A program made the translations under genes and the position numbers. Shown piece by piece: positions 54,302 to 64,000 of a stretch of 64,000 nucleotides of DNA. The first letter of the stretch is position 1. The number at the start of each line of letters is the position of its first letter. The stretch lies in assembly GCA_964343925.1 (NCBI GenBank), contig CAYFLM010000003.1:5390-69389 (forward strand), in the 5' to 3' direction. This DNA comes from an uncultured Methylococcus sp. GTDB lineage: Bacteria; Pseudomonadota; Gammaproteobacteria; Methylococcales; Methylococcaceae. Under the pieces are notes generated by a model. It was not told the origin of the DNA, searched no databases, and worked only from the letters and a program-made list of their open reading frames with translations.

Positions 54302-54976
54302 ATGGAACTAACAGAAGAAAATAAAAAGGTTCTTGTTGAACCACTCGTAGAAAATAATCCGATCACATTACAGGTACTCGGTATCTGTTCTGCGCTTGCG
54401 GTTACGTCTCAGTTGTCAACGGCGCTCATCATGAGTCTAGCGCTAACTTCAGTTACTGCTTGCTCAAGCGCTGGTATTGCTTTCATTAGGAACCACGTAC
54501 CGAGCAGCATTCGAATCATCGCTCAGATGGTGATTATCGCTTCGCTAGTCATTGTCGTGGATCAGTTGCTGAAGGCTTTTGCCTACGAAATAAGTAAGCA
54601 GTTATCTGTTTTCGTTGGGCTAATCATTACGAACTGTATCGTGATGGGGCGAGCGGAAGCCTACGCCATGAAGAACCCTCCTTGGGAAAGCTTCCTGGAT
54701 GGTATTGGGAATGGATTAGGTTATAGCCTTATTCTGATTACGGTTGCGGTATTTAGAGAACTATTTGGGGCCGGAAAGTTATTGGGTATCGACATACTTC
54801 CTCTCGTAAAAGACGGCGGATGGTATGTGCCAAATGGTTTGTTGTTGCTGCCCCCGAGTGCGTTCTTCTTGATCGGTCTGATTATCTGGGCGATTCGTAC
54901 GTGGAAGCCACAACAAGCAGAAAAGCCCGATTTTGTGATTCAGCCTGCTCACGGCTTAGTTGAGGGGGCTCACTGA
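54302..54976 (+). CDS. nqrD: Na+-NQR subunit D
   Basis: 224 aa. [17 protein letters not shown]... RnfE/NqrD family. Confidence 0.95.
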   Translation: MELTEENKKVLVEPLVENNPITLQVLGICSALAVTSQLSTALIMSLALTSVTACSSAGIAFIRNHVPSSIRIIAQMVIIASLVIVVDQLLKAFAYEISKQLSVFVGLIITNCIVMGRAEAYAMKNPPWESFLDGIGNGLGYSLILITVAVFRELFGAGKLLGIDILPLVKDGGWYVPNGLLLLPPSAFFLIGLIIWAIRTWKPQQAEKPDFVIQPAHGLVEGAH

Positions 54977-55584
54977 TGGAAGCTTATATCAACCTCTTCA
55001 TAAAGTCCGTATTCATTGAGAATATGGCGCTTTCCTTCTTTCTAGGGATGTGTACTTTTATCGCTGTTTCTAAGAAAATTGAGACGGCTGTAGGGCTTGG
55101 AATAGCGGTCGTAATCGTGCAGACATTAACGGTTCCAGCTAACAATCTGATCTATAGTTACCTCCTTAAAGAAAACGCACTAACTTGGGCAGGTGTTCAG
55201 GGTGTCGATCTAAGCTTCATCGCCCTAATGGCGTGCATCGGGGTAATTGCCGCAATAGTGCAGATCCTTGAGATGGTGCTGGATAAATTCTTTCCAGCGC
55301 TATACAACGCGTTAGGGATATTTTTGCCTCTAATTACTGTGAACTGCGCGATTCTCGCCGGAAGTCTGTTCATGATTGAGCGTGATTACAACTTTCCTGA
55401 AAGTGTTGTCTATGGTGTAGGCAGTGGATTTGGCTGGGCACTGGCGATCACGGCAATGGCTGGAGTCAGAGAGAAACTCAAATACAGTGATGTACCACCG
55501 GGGCTGCGTGGCTTGGGAATTACCTTCATTACTGCCGGGTTAATGGCTCTGGGATTCATGGCATTCTCAGGCATACAACTCTAA
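54976..55584 (+). CDS. nqrE: Na+-NQR subunit E
   Basis: 202 aa. ...[16 protein letters not shown]...[10 protein letters not shown]... RnfA/NqrE family. Confidence 0.95.
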   Translation: MEAYINLFIKSVFIENMALSFFLGMCTFIAVSKKIETAVGLGIAVVIVQTLTVPANNLIYSYLLKENALTWAGVQGVDLSFIALMACIGVIAAIVQILEMVLDKFFPALYNALGIFLPLITVNCAILAGSLFMIERDYNFPESVVYGVGSGFGWALAITAMAGVREKLKYSDVPPGLRGLGITFITAGLMALGFMAFSGIQL

Positions 55585-55602
55585 TGCGTAGGAAGTAAAG
55601 CA

Positions 55603-56823
55603 ATGTTGGAAATCATTCTAGGTGTTGTTTTTTTCACCTTCATCGTTGTAGCACTGGTATTCGTAATTCTGGGTGCTAAATCTAAACTAGTAGCCGAGGG
55701 TAACGTCGACGTTGTCATCAATGATGAGAAAACGATCCACGTTCCAATCGGGTCAAAGCTCTTAACGGCGCTAGCTGATAGCAACCTATTTGTATCATCA
55801 GCCTGTGGCGGGGGTGGTACTTGTGGTCAGTGTCGAGTGCAAGTAAACGAGGGCGGTGGAGATATTCTCCCGACTGAACTCTCTCACATAACTAAAAGGG
55901 AGGCTCAGTGTGGTGATCGTCTTGCGTGTCAGGTGACTGTCAAGCAAAACATGAAAATCCATGTTCATGACGAGGTATTCGGCGTTAAGAAGTGGGTTAC
56001 AACTGTTAAGTCGAATAAAAACGTAGCCACGTTTATTAAAGAGCTCGTGTTGGAAATTCCAAAAGGTGACAGGGTTGATTTCCGTGCAGGTGGGTATATC
56101 CAGATTGAGTGCCCTCCTTATGTCGCGAACTTTAAAAACTTTGACATTGAATCTAAATATCGTGACGAGTGGGATAAGTACAACCTTTGGCAGTATGAGT
56201 CCGTAGTGAAAGAGCCATCGATCAGGGCTTATTCAATGGCGAACTATCCTGAGGAAAGCGATATCATCATGCTGAATGTGCGTATAGCGACCCCTCCTCC
56301 AGGTGCTAAGGGTATTCCTCCAGGTGTAATGTCCTCCTACATCTTTAATCTTAAGAAGGGCGACAAAGTCACAATATCTGGTCCATTTGGTGAATTCTTT
56401 GCAAAGGAAACCAAGAATGAAATGGTTTTCATCGGCGGCGGAGCAGGTATGGCACCAATGCGGTCGCACATATTTGATCAACTCAGAAGGATCAAAACGG
56501 ATAGGAAGATTAGTTTTTGGTACGGAGCGAGAAGCTTAAGAGAAATGTTCTATGTGAAGGATTTCGATATGCTTGCCAAGGAAAACCCAAATTTCACTTG
56601 GAACATAGCACTATCTGAGCCAAAGCCTGAAGACAATTGGACTGGATACACGGGATTTATCCACAATGTGCTTTATGAAAATTACATCAAAAATCATCCT
56701 GCACCCGAGGATTGCGAGTACTACATGTGCGGACCGCCCATGATGAACACCGCAGTTATCAAGATGCTTCTCGATAATGGTGTAGAAAGAGAGAATATCA
56801 TGTTGGATGATTTCGGCGGTTAA
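55603..56823 (+). CDS. nqrF: Na+-NQR subunit F (2Fe-2S ferredoxin + FAD/NADH domain)
   Basis: 406 aa. TM anchor, [13 protein letters not shown] cluster motif, [12 protein letters not shown] motif, [15 protein letters not shown] motif. Confidence 0.96.
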   Translation: MLEIILGVVFFTFIVVALVFVILGAKSKLVAEGNVDVVINDEKTIHVPIGSKLLTALADSNLFVSSACGGGGTCGQCRVQVNEGGGDILPTELSHITKREAQCGDRLACQVTVKQNMKIHVHDEVFGVKKWVTTVKSNKNVATFIKELVLEIPKGDRVDFRAGGYIQIECPPYVANFKNFDIESKYRDEWDKYNLWQYESVVKEPSIRAYSMANYPEESDIIMLNVRIATPPPGAKGIPPGVMSSYIFNLKKGDKVTISGPFGEFFAKETKNEMVFIGGGAGMAPMRSHIFDQLRRIKTDRKISFWYGARSLREMFYVKDFDMLAKENPNFTWNIALSEPKPEDNWTGYTGFIHNVLYENYIKNHPAPEDCEYYMCGPPMMNTAVIKMLLDNGVERENIMLDDFGG

Positions 56824-56892
56824 TCACGGGCGCCGCTAAGTAGCTTAAAAATTCCACCCCAATGGGCTCACGATAACGTTCGCGACAAGAAG

Positions 56893-57075
56893 ATGAATCT
56901 TTTTCTCATTACATTTGCCATGATCGGCATCGTCGTATTGCTGATGTCCGTGGGCGTAATCTTTGGGCGAAAAGCAATTAAGGGTTCTTGCGGTGGCGTG
57001 GGAACTGATGGTGCCTGTATTTGTGCGGAAAAATGCGAAAAAAGAAAGAAGTATGAGGCTTCTTTGAGTAGCTAG
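56893..57075 (+). CDS. nqrM: (Na+)-NQR maturation factor NqrM-like small membrane protein
   Basis: 60 aa. One TM helix followed by the Cys cluster GSCGGVGTDGACICAEKC. Directly downstream of nqrF. Family assignment from memory of NqrM (DUF539) features. Confidence 0.7.
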   Translation: MNLFLITFAMIGIVVLLMSVGVIFGRKAIKGSCGGVGTDGACICAEKCEKRKKYEASLSS

Positions 57076-57131
57076 TCGCAAAATCCATTTTTTAAATAAG
57101 TAGTGAACGATTGTTCTTCAGGAGAGAAGTA

Positions 57132-57674
57132 ATGAAACACCTTTCTGCGCGTGTGGTTCTGGCTATATTGACTTTAGTTGTTGCAACAGTCGCTTTTGGT
57201 CATGGACCTACGAGAGAAAAATACAGCGAATCTATTGAGATCGCTGCTACACCTGAAGCAGTTTGGGCTTTGGTCGGTGATTACGCGCACCCTGAGAAAT
57301 GGATGAATGCGGTTGAGTCTACAGTTGCGCCTGCTGCTCTTGATAAAGGGGCGGTAAGAGAGCTTAAGATTAAGGGCGCTACGGCAACAATCAAGGAAGA
57401 ACTGAAGAATCTGGACGCTGAAAAGAAGACCATTCAATACAAGATCGTTGATCCAACCGAACCCTCGGTAGCACCGGTAAATAATTACTCAGCAAGAATA
57501 ACTGTTGAGGCCGCAGGAACTGGAGCTAAGGTCGAATGGGACGCTGCTTTCTATCGCTGGTTTCTGAACAATAATCCGCCAGATGGCGAAAATGAAGCTG
57601 CTGCGAAAGCTTTCGTTGAAAAAATTGTTCACGAGTCACTTGCGAGCCTGAAGGCTACCGCTGAGAAGAAGTAA
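57132..57674 (+). CDS. Secreted SRPBCC (polyketide cyclase/START-like) family protein, possibly MxaD-like
   Basis: Signal peptide MKHLSARVVLAILTLVVATVAFG / HGPTRE. About 155-aa mature domain with the SRPBCC pattern (...IEIAATPEAVWALVGDY...W...). ATG 57132 is preceded by AGGAGAG. Confidence 0.6.
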   Translation: MKHLSARVVLAILTLVVATVAFGHGPTREKYSESIEIAATPEAVWALVGDYAHPEKWMNAVESTVAPAALDKGAVRELKIKGATATIKEELKNLDAEKKTIQYKIVDPTEPSVAPVNNYSARITVEAAGTGAKVEWDAAFYRWFLNNNPPDGENEAAAKAFVEKIVHESLASLKATAEKK

Positions 57675-57688
57675 TCCGTGGAGTAAGC

Positions 57689-58642
57689 GTGAAGACGCTT
57701 ATCTGCCTGCTGGGTGTTCTATGGGGCCCTGCGTATGTATACGCAGGGCCTTATGCTTTTGTGACTAACCAAAAGGACAACTCAGTTACGGTAATAGACA
57801 CCGAGAGTCATTCAACCAAGGCGACATTGAAAGTCGGAAAAGATCCCGCAGGTGTTGCGGTGAGCCAGAATGGTTCAAGAGTCGTTGTTACAAACGTAGG
57901 TGATCGGACGGTAAGTCTCATTGATGGCAGAGAGCTTACCACTCTCGATAACATACCTGTTGGTGAAGGGCCGCTTGGGATTGCCATCTCTGGGGATGGG
58001 GGGTTGGCTTTCGTCGCGGATTTCTACGAGCACTTTATATCGGTTGTGGATCTCTCTGAGCGCCGGGTCATTAAGCGAATACCAGTTGGACGTTATCCTG
58101 CCGGTCTTGCTGTAGATAGCAAGGCTAATAATTTATACGTGGCCAACAGAGAAGATGACTCAATTTCGATCATCAAGCTAAAGGACGATTATCCACAACG
58201 AGTGATCAAGGTGGGTGTACATCCTTTCGGTGTCCTGCTGGATGAGTCTAAAAATCGACTCTATGTAGCCAATGTAGGGAGTAATTCCGTCAGTGTTATT
58301 GATGTATCCATAGAAACTAAAGTTGGGGAAGTGGGCGTCGGCGATAGGCCATATGCGCTTGCTTTGGCCTTGGGCGGGTCCCGCCTCTTCGTTACAAATC
58401 AATATGATGACTCTGTATCCGTGGTCAATACGGACGAACTCAAGCAGATTAAAACGATACCTGTAGGTTCCTATCCTGAGGGGATTTCATCGCTACCAGG
58501 CGGTCGGGTTTTATATGTTGCAAACTGGTTCAGTAATACAGTGTCGGTAATTGATGCCGAGGCATTATTGATTCAAAAAACATTGCTAGCAGGTAACGGA
58601 AGCAGGGCTTTTGGGAAGTTCATTCAGGATGCTCAATACTAG
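57689..58642 (+). CDS. Secreted YVTN-repeat beta-propeller protein (YncE-like)
   Basis: 317 aa. Signal peptide, then about 7 repeats of the form YV(T/A)N..DNSVSVID....v..i.VG..P.GiA. Confidence 0.75.
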   Translation: MKTLICLLGVLWGPAYVYAGPYAFVTNQKDNSVTVIDTESHSTKATLKVGKDPAGVAVSQNGSRVVVTNVGDRTVSLIDGRELTTLDNIPVGEGPLGIAISGDGGLAFVADFYEHFISVVDLSERRVIKRIPVGRYPAGLAVDSKANNLYVANREDDSISIIKLKDDYPQRVIKVGVHPFGVLLDESKNRLYVANVGSNSVSVIDVSIETKVGEVGVGDRPYALALALGGSRLFVTNQYDDSVSVVNTDELKQIKTIPVGSYPEGISSLPGGRVLYVANWFSNTVSVIDAEALLIQKTLLAGNGSRAFGKFIQDAQY

Positions 58643-59729
58643 AGTCTAGCTCCATCAATATCGGCCTGAGGTAAATTGCCCTCCAGCCATCCATTTTTGT
58701 TGATTTCATTCCTTTTGCGATGAGATTAATCTGGTCTTTCTTGGTTGCGAGTAGGCTTGGTCGGATCTCGAGCTCTGCAGATTTCTTTTCAATCAAAACA
58801 CTGAGTTCTTTAAGACGCTTTTGTTGAAAGTCGTCTAAATGTGTATATGAAATCTCTTCATTTTGGGGGTAAATGTTATTCTGTTGAGCAAGTTCGAGGC
58901 ACTCTATCAGTTCTGCTTGCAGGCTTTGAATGCGCTCCCTTTTTATAACCTGAATGACTTTTTCTTTGTGAAAACCACTTTCACAGATCCGAGCTAATTC
59001 ACATGCTGCTTCATCCCGAATAACCCAATTTCTAGGGATGTTTTTATCTGCCGCTTTTTCTTCGCGCCATTTTGCAATTGAATAGAGAGTACGACTGGCT
59101 CGTGGTGTTAGTCTGCTAGTGCCTTTGATTCGTTGCCAAGCCAGGTTGGGGTTGAATTGATATAGAGCGGGATCACAGAGTTTCCCTGAATCTTCAATGA
59201 CCCAATCCAAGCGGTTAAGTTGAAGCAACTTCTCAGATAACAGTGCATACAGGGTACCTAGATGATGCACATCATCCAGTGCATAAGCTAATTGTTCAGT
59301 GCTGAGCGGTCGTTGACTCCAATTGGTACGAGTTTCTCCCTTGGATAATTTAATTCCGAGGAGATGCTCAACGAGGGAAGCATATCCAATTTGGTCAGCT
59401 AACCCGATGGCGGATGCAGCAATTTGGGTATCGAAGAGTGGGACGGGTATCGATTGCCATAGTCCGTGAAAAATCTCTAGGTCTTGACGGGCAGCATGGA
59501 AAATCTTAACAACACTGGGGCTATATAAAATGCGACGCAGCGGTTCCATGCTTGGGAGCTTTAGGGGGTCAATTGAAGCTATTGAAGTTGGGGAAGCAAT
59601 TTGGAGAAGGCAGAACTTTGGGAAATAGGTTTTCTCTCTGAGGAACTCGGTATCAATTGCTAGCCAAGGAGCAGAAGCAATCTCGAGACAAAAGGATTCG
59701 AGTTCGTCCGGGTGTTCTATAAGACGCAT
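58620..59729 (-). CDS. rnd: Ribonuclease D
   Basis: 369 aa. DEDD exonuclease motifs (LAIDTEF..., ...HAARQDLE..., YALDDVHHL) plus HRDC region. Its 3' end overlaps the convergent beta-propeller gene by 23 nt. Confidence 0.9.
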   Translation of the reverse strand: MRLIEHPDELESFCLEIASAPWLAIDTEFLREKTYFPKFCLLQIASPTSIASIDPLKLPSMEPLRRILYSPSVVKIFHAARQDLEIFHGLWQSIPVPLFDTQIAASAIGLADQIGYASLVEHLLGIKLSKGETRTNWSQRPLSTEQLAYALDDVHHLGTLYALLSEKLLQLNRLDWVIEDSGKLCDPALYQFNPNLAWQRIKGTSRLTPRASRTLYSIAKWREEKAADKNIPRNWVIRDEAACELARICESGFHKEKVIQVIKRERIQSLQAELIECLELAQQNNIYPQNEEISYTHLDDFQQKRLKELSVLIEKKSAELEIRPSLLATKKDQINLIAKGMKSTKMDGWRAIYLRPILMELDSSIEHPE

Positions 59730-59828
59730 TTAGAGGTTGGTAGGGTTATGTATTGGGCGTTTGTGGAAGGTAAGTTTATTACAAGCGTTAAAGTGTTTTT
59801 TGGTCTTATTTTTAGGGCGGATGTCCGG

Positions 59829-59857
59829 TTGACATCGGGCCATAAAATGAACATAAT
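59829..59857 (+). promoter_or_regulatory. Candidate sigma70 promoter for the tRNA-Arg/tRNA-Asn unit
   Basis: TTGACA-17 nt-CATAAT, with the -10 ending 15 nt before the tRNA-Arg 5' end. Confidence 0.5.
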
Positions 59858-59872
59858 TCGAAGTTCCACAGC

Positions 59873-59949
59873 GCGCCCGTAGCTCAGTTGGATAGAGTAC
59901 CTGGCTACGAACTAGGTGGTCGGGAGTTCGAATCTCTCCGGGCGCGCCA
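59873..59949 (+). tRNA. tRNA-Arg (anticodon ACG)
   Basis: Acceptor GCGCCCG/CGGGCGC, anticodon arm CCTGG-CTACGAA-CTAGG, T-loop GTTCGAATC, encoded CCA. Close to E. coli tRNA-Arg(ACG). Confidence 0.95.
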
Positions 59950-59993
59950 TTCTTTCTGATAAAGCAGAATAGAGTGAGCGATGAAATGTCTTT

Positions 59994-60069
<76 letters not shown>

Positions 60070-60077
60070 AACATCGT

Positions 60078-60105
60078 AAAGGGCCGCGAGGCCCTTTTCT
60101 GTTTT
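60078..60105 (+). terminator. Rho-independent terminator after tRNA-Asn
   Basis: aaagggcc-gcga-ggcccttt, a GNRA-looped 8-bp hairpin followed by a T-rich tract. Confidence 0.65.
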
Positions 60106-60137
60106 CTGGCGGTAGTGTCTCACAATACTGCTTGTTC

Positions 60138-60166
60138 TTGACATGGTATTCACTGTGTCGTAAATT
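60138..60166 (+). promoter_or_regulatory. Candidate sigma70 promoter of the str operon (rpsL-rpsG-fusA-tuf)
   Basis: TTGACA-17 nt-TAAATT, about 105 nt upstream of the rpsL ATG. Confidence 0.5.
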
Positions 60167-60270
60167 TGACGGCTTTACTGTGGGGTCCCGTGCCCCCGTG
60201 CTCCTCTTTTGTTGAAGGTTGTGGCGCAAATGACAGCGGGATTGGAATATATTTTTTTGGAGTTTGGTAA

Positions 60271-60645
60271 ATGACCACGATCAATCAGTTGGTTCGCAAG
60301 CCGAGGGCGCGTAAGAAAGACAAAAGTAATGTGCCTGCGCTTGAGAGCTGCCCTCAGCGTCGCGGCGTATGCACGCGCGTCTACACGACAACCCCTAAGA
60401 AGCCGAACTCTGCGCTGAGAAAGGTTGCTCGTGTCAGGCTAACAAATGGTGCTGAGGTAAGTAGCTATATCGGTGGTGAAGGGCACAATCTTCAGGAGCA
60501 CTCGGTGGTTCTGATTAGAGGCGGTCGTGTTAAGGACTTGCCAGGTGTGCGTTACCACGTGGTGAGAGGAAGTCTTGATACTGCTGGCGTTGCAAAGCGT
60601 CGTCAGGGTCGTTCTAAATACGGCGCTAAGCGCCCTAAGAGTTAA
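60271..60645 (+). CDS. rpsL: 30S ribosomal protein S12
   Basis: 124 aa. [12 protein letters not shown]...[19 protein letters not shown]... Confidence 0.98.
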   Translation: MTTINQLVRKPRARKKDKSNVPALESCPQRRGVCTRVYTTTPKKPNSALRKVARVRLTNGAEVSSYIGGEGHNLQEHSVVLIRGGRVKDLPGVRYHVVRGSLDTAGVAKRRQGRSKYGAKRPKS

Positions 60646-60664
60646 TTAGGATTGGGTAGATAAC

Positions 60665-61141
60665 ATGTCCAGAAGAAGAGTTTCCCAAAAACGAGAGCTT
60701 ATTCCAGACCCGCGTTTTGGCAGTGAGACCATTGCCCGATTTGTGAATATGCTGATGTTGAGTGGCAAAAAGTCAGTGGCAGAGGGTGTGGTTTACGGCG
60801 CGCTCGATCAGATACAGTCTAAAGTCGGATCATCCGCTCAGTCTGTTGATGTGATGCAGAAGGCTCTTGATAATGTCCAGCCATTCGTTGAGGTTAAGTC
60901 GCGTCGAGTTGGTGGTGCGACCTATCAGGTTCCTGTTGAGGTGAGACCTTCCCGTCGCACGGCTTTGGCGATGCGTTGGTTGATTGACTCGGCTAGAAAG
61001 CGTAGTGAGAAGGGAATGGTTGCCAGATTGGCGGGTGAGCTTATGGATGCGAATGAAGGTAGGGGCGCGGCCGTAAAGAAGCGCGAAGATACCCATCGCA
61101 TGGCGGAAGCCAACAAGGCTTTCTCTCACTATCGCTGGTAG
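60665..61141 (+). CDS. rpsG: 30S ribosomal protein S7
   Basis: 158 aa. [20 protein letters not shown]...[10 protein letters not shown]. Confidence 0.98.
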   Translation: MSRRRVSQKRELIPDPRFGSETIARFVNMLMLSGKKSVAEGVVYGALDQIQSKVGSSAQSVDVMQKALDNVQPFVEVKSRRVGGATYQVPVEVRPSRRTALAMRWLIDSARKRSEKGMVARLAGELMDANEGRGAAVKKREDTHRMAEANKAFSHYRW

Positions 61142-61177
61142 GCTGCGTTTCGCTTTGTTGTATCAGAGTGTAATGTC

Positions 61178-63277
61178 GTGGCTCGATCAACCCCTCTTGA
61201 GCGCTACCGTAATATCGGAATCTCAGCTCATATCGATGCGGGCAAAACCACGACGACTGAGCGGGTCCTCTTCTACACAGGCGTCAATCATAAAATAGGA
61301 GAAGTCCATGATGGCGCGGCCACCATGGACTGGATGGAGCAGGAGCAGGAGCGGGGTATAACAATTACCTCTGCTGCTACAACCACGCAGTGGCGTGGAA
61401 TGGCCGGGAACTACCCCGAGCATCAAATCAATATCATCGATACCCCAGGCCATGTCGACTTTACCATCGAGGTAGAGCGTTCCATGCGCGTCCTTGATGG
61501 GGCCTGCATGCTTTATTGTGCTGTAGGTGGCGTTCAACCTCAGTCCGAAACGGTTTGGCGGCAAGCAACAAAGTATGGTGTCCCAAGAATCGCGTTCGTT
61601 AACAAAATGGATCGCTCCGGTGCGGATTTCTTCAAGGTCCTTGATCAGATGGGGACTAGACTTCGTGCAAATCCTGTAGCGCTACAGATTCCAATAGGGG
61701 CGGAGGAAGCATTTCGGGGAGTGGTTGACCTCGTGAAGCAAAAGGCCATTTACTGGGGTGAGACAGATCAGGGCGTAAGTTTCCACTACGATGAGATACC
61801 GGATGACCTTTTGGGTCTATCCAGAAGCTGGCGTGAGCGCTTATTGGAGGCGGCGGCTGAGTCTGATGAGGTGCTGATGGATCAGTATCTTGAGACGGGT
61901 AATCTTTCTGAGGATGACATTAAAAGGGCCTTGAGGTCCCGGGCAATTTCATTAGAAATTGTGCCTGTGTTATGTGGTTCGGCATTCAAGAACAAGGGTG
62001 TGCAGGCGCTGCTTGATGCAGTTATTGATTATTTGCCCTCCCCGATTGATGTGCCTGCTATCAAGGGCGTTGATCCTGACTCCGAAAAGCCTTTAGAGCG
62101 AAGCTCATCTGATGCGGAGCCTTTTTCTGCGCTCGCATTCAAGATTATGACTGATCCCTTCGTTGGAACTCTGACTTTTGTTAGGGTTTATTCGGGGGTA
62201 CTGGCTTCTGGAGATAGTGTGATTAATTCGCACACAGGAAATAAAGAGCGGATTGGGCGTCTACTCAGGATGCATGCGAATTCTCGTGAAGAGATAAAAG
62301 AAATTAGAGCAGGTGATATTGCGGCCTGTGTTGGGCTCAAGGATATTGTCACCGGCACGACGCTGTCCTCGACGGACTCGCCTGTTGTGTTGGAAAGGAT
62401 GGAGTTTCCCGATCCAGTGATTTCTGTTGCTGTTGAGCCTAAAACAAAGGCCGACCAAGAAAAAATGGGGTTGGCCTTGAATCGATTGGCTCAGGAAGAT
62501 CCGTCTTTTAGGGTTCATACAGACGACGAGTCAGGTCAAACCATCATATCCGGTATGGGTGAACTGCATCTCGAGATCATTGTTGATCGAATGAGTAGGG
62601 AATTTAAGGTGGAGGCGAATGTTGGCGCGCCTCAGGTCGCATATCGCGAGACCATAAAGCAATCCGTTGATCAGGAAGGTAAATATGTAAGACAGTCAGG
62701 TGGTCGTGGCCAGTATGGTCATGTCTGGCTGAAGATTGAGCCTTCTGATAAGGGTGGATACGAGTTCGTGAATGGGATCGTTGGGGGCGTTGTTCCGAGG
62801 GAGTACATCCCCGCAGTAGATAAGGGTATTCAAGAGCAGTTACAAAATGGTATACTTGCTGGCTACCCAGTGGTCGACGTGAAGGTGACGCTGTTTGACG
62901 GCTCCTTTCATGAGGTTGATTCGAGTGAAATGGCATTCAAAATTGCGGCATCTATGTGCTTCAAGGAGGGGTGTCGAAATGCGAGTCCAGTCCTTCTCGA
63001 GCCGATAATGAGCGTTGAGGTTGAGACGCCTGAAGACTATATGGGCGATGTGGTCGGAGATTTGAATCGCCGTCGCGGTGTGATCCTTGGTATGGAGGAT
63101 AACGCGGGGGTTAAATTGCTAAAGGCGGAAGTGCCCTTGGCTGAAATGTTTGGTTACTCAACCTCTTTGAGGTCGCAGAGTCAGGGGCGCGCAACCTACT
63201 CTATGCAGTTTAAGAAGTATCAGGAAGCGCCAACAAATGTTGCGGATGCAGTTATTAGAAAGGCATCCGTTGGATAG
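61178..63277 (+). CDS. fusA: Elongation factor G
   Basis: 699 aa, GTG start. [33 protein letters not shown]. Confidence 0.98.
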   Translation: MARSTPLERYRNIGISAHIDAGKTTTTERVLFYTGVNHKIGEVHDGAATMDWMEQEQERGITITSAATTTQWRGMAGNYPEHQINIIDTPGHVDFTIEVERSMRVLDGACMLYCAVGGVQPQSETVWRQATKYGVPRIAFVNKMDRSGADFFKVLDQMGTRLRANPVALQIPIGAEEAFRGVVDLVKQKAIYWGETDQGVSFHYDEIPDDLLGLSRSWRERLLEAAAESDEVLMDQYLETGNLSEDDIKRALRSRAISLEIVPVLCGSAFKNKGVQALLDAVIDYLPSPIDVPAIKGVDPDSEKPLERSSSDAEPFSALAFKIMTDPFVGTLTFVRVYSGVLASGDSVINSHTGNKERIGRLLRMHANSREEIKEIRAGDIAACVGLKDIVTGTTLSSTDSPVVLERMEFPDPVISVAVEPKTKADQEKMGLALNRLAQEDPSFRVHTDDESGQTIISGMGELHLEIIVDRMSREFKVEANVGAPQVAYRETIKQSVDQEGKYVRQSGGRGQYGHVWLKIEPSDKGGYEFVNGIVGGVVPREYIPAVDKGIQEQLQNGILAGYPVVDVKVTLFDGSFHEVDSSEMAFKIAASMCFKEGCRNASPVLLEPIMSVEVETPEDYMGDVVGDLNRRRGVILGMEDNAGVKLLKAEVPLAEMFGYSTSLRSQSQGRATYSMQFKKYQEAPTNVADAVIRKASVG

Positions 63278-63309
63278 AAAGAATTTTTTTGTGAACGAGG
63301 TATTGGGTC

Positions 63310-64000
63310 GTGTCAAAGGAAAAATTTAGTCGCACTAAGCCGCACGTAAACGTCGGAACGATTGGTCACGTTGACCATGGTAAGACGACACTGACGGCTG
63401 CGCTGACGAAGGTAGGGGCGGAGCGTTTTGGTGGAGCGTTCAAGGCTTACGACCAGATTGATGCGGCGCCTGAAGAGCGGGCGCGTGGTATTACGATTGC
63501 GACGGCGCACGTTGAGTACGAATCCCCAACGAGACACTATGCCCACGTTGACTGTCCTGGGCACGCGGACTACGTGAAGAACATGATCACGGGTGCGGCG
63601 CAGATGGACGGAGCGATTTTGGTGTGTTCAGCGGCTGACGGCCCGATGCCGCAGACGCGTGAGCACATTCTGTTGGCGCGTCAGGTTGGCGTTCCTTACA
63701 TTGTTGTGTTTTTGAACAAGGCGGACATGGTTGATGATCCTGAGCTGATTGAGCTTGTGGAGATGGAAGTTCGCGAATTGTTGTCGAAGTATGATTTTCC
63801 TGGTGATGACACGCCGATTGTGCAGGGATCTGCATTGAAGGCGCTGGAAGGCGACCAGAGTGAGATTGGTGTTCCTGCGATCATCAAGTTGGTGGAAGCG
63901 CTGGACAGTTACATTCCTGAGCCTGAGCGTGACATTGAGAAGCCATTCCTGATGCCGATCGAAGACGTATTTTCGATTTCGGGTCGCGGAACGGTGGTCA
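63310..64000 (+). CDS. tuf: Elongation factor Tu, 5' part (runs off the window)
   Basis: Not in the ORF track because there is no stop in the window. GTG 63310 then [30 protein letters not shown]...DCPGHADY...NKADMV. The frame is open to base 64000. Confidence 0.96.
   Translation, partial: MSKEKFSRTKPHVNVGTIGHVDHGKTTLTAALTKVGAERFGGAFKAYDQIDAAPEERARGITIATAHVEYESPTRHYAHVDCPGHADYVKNMITGAAQMDGAILVCSAADGPMPQTREHILLARQVGVPYIVVFLNKADMVDDPELIELVEMEVRELLSKYDFPGDDTPIVQGSALKALEGDQSEIGVPAIIKLVEALDSYIPEPERDIEKPFLMPIEDVFSISGRGTVV

Noticed and set aside
57076-57131. Possible Fur box upstream of the SRPBCC/YncE-like pair (E. coli yncE is Fur-regulated)
   Set aside because: The best alignment of AATAAGTAGTGAACGATTG to GATAATGATAATCATTATC matches only about a third of positions, which is not convincing.

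Overview
This window looks like core chromosome of a gammaproteobacterium. The gene order resembles Pseudomonas, Oceanospirillales or Cellvibrionales: bioBFHCD, smc-zipA-ligA, dusB-fis, Na+-NQR. It is densely packed with housekeeping genes.

Left to right:
- Partial CorC/CNNM transporter, a STAS plus RsbW-like kinase pair, prlC, osmC-like, speD.
- On the minus strand: a glcF-like gene, purH, fis, dusB.
- clpB, then on the minus strand a MEKHLA protein, a YceK-like lipoprotein, ligA, zipA, smc.
- queF, then on the minus strand hemH, a second STAS gene and a beta-carbonic anhydrase.
- A lone lpxD, xthA, an L,D-transpeptidase, bioBFHCD.
- aa3 oxidase genes coxB-ctaD-(small ORF)-ctaG-coxC, then hslO, msrA, regB-regA, an orphan WYL regulator.
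- tRNA-Val, thrS-infC-rpmI-rplT-pheS-pheT-ihfA, argC, prmB, aroC, an MFS transporter, RNase P RNA.
- nqrABCDEF-nqrM, a secreted SRPBCC plus YVTN beta-propeller pair, rnd.
- tRNA-Arg, tRNA-Asn, rpsL-rpsG-fusA and the 5' part of tuf.

I saw no CRISPR array, transposase, integrase, phage gene, or recognisable defence or toxin-antitoxin genes. I cannot honestly nominate a clear novel system.

The best leads are modest:
- Two STAS-domain genes and one RsbW-type kinase, with no sigma factor or phosphatase nearby. One STAS gene lies between a beta-carbonic anhydrase and hemH, and its stop overlaps the hemH start.
- A secreted MxaD-like SRPBCC plus YVTN propeller pair downstream of nqrM, in an nqr locus without apbE.
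- A 590-bp non-coding gap upstream of coxB with an internal terminator-like hairpin.
- An orphan WYL regulator.
- infC, which can only start at a non-canonical ATC codon.

All calls rest on reading the translations and sequence by eye. No database search was run.
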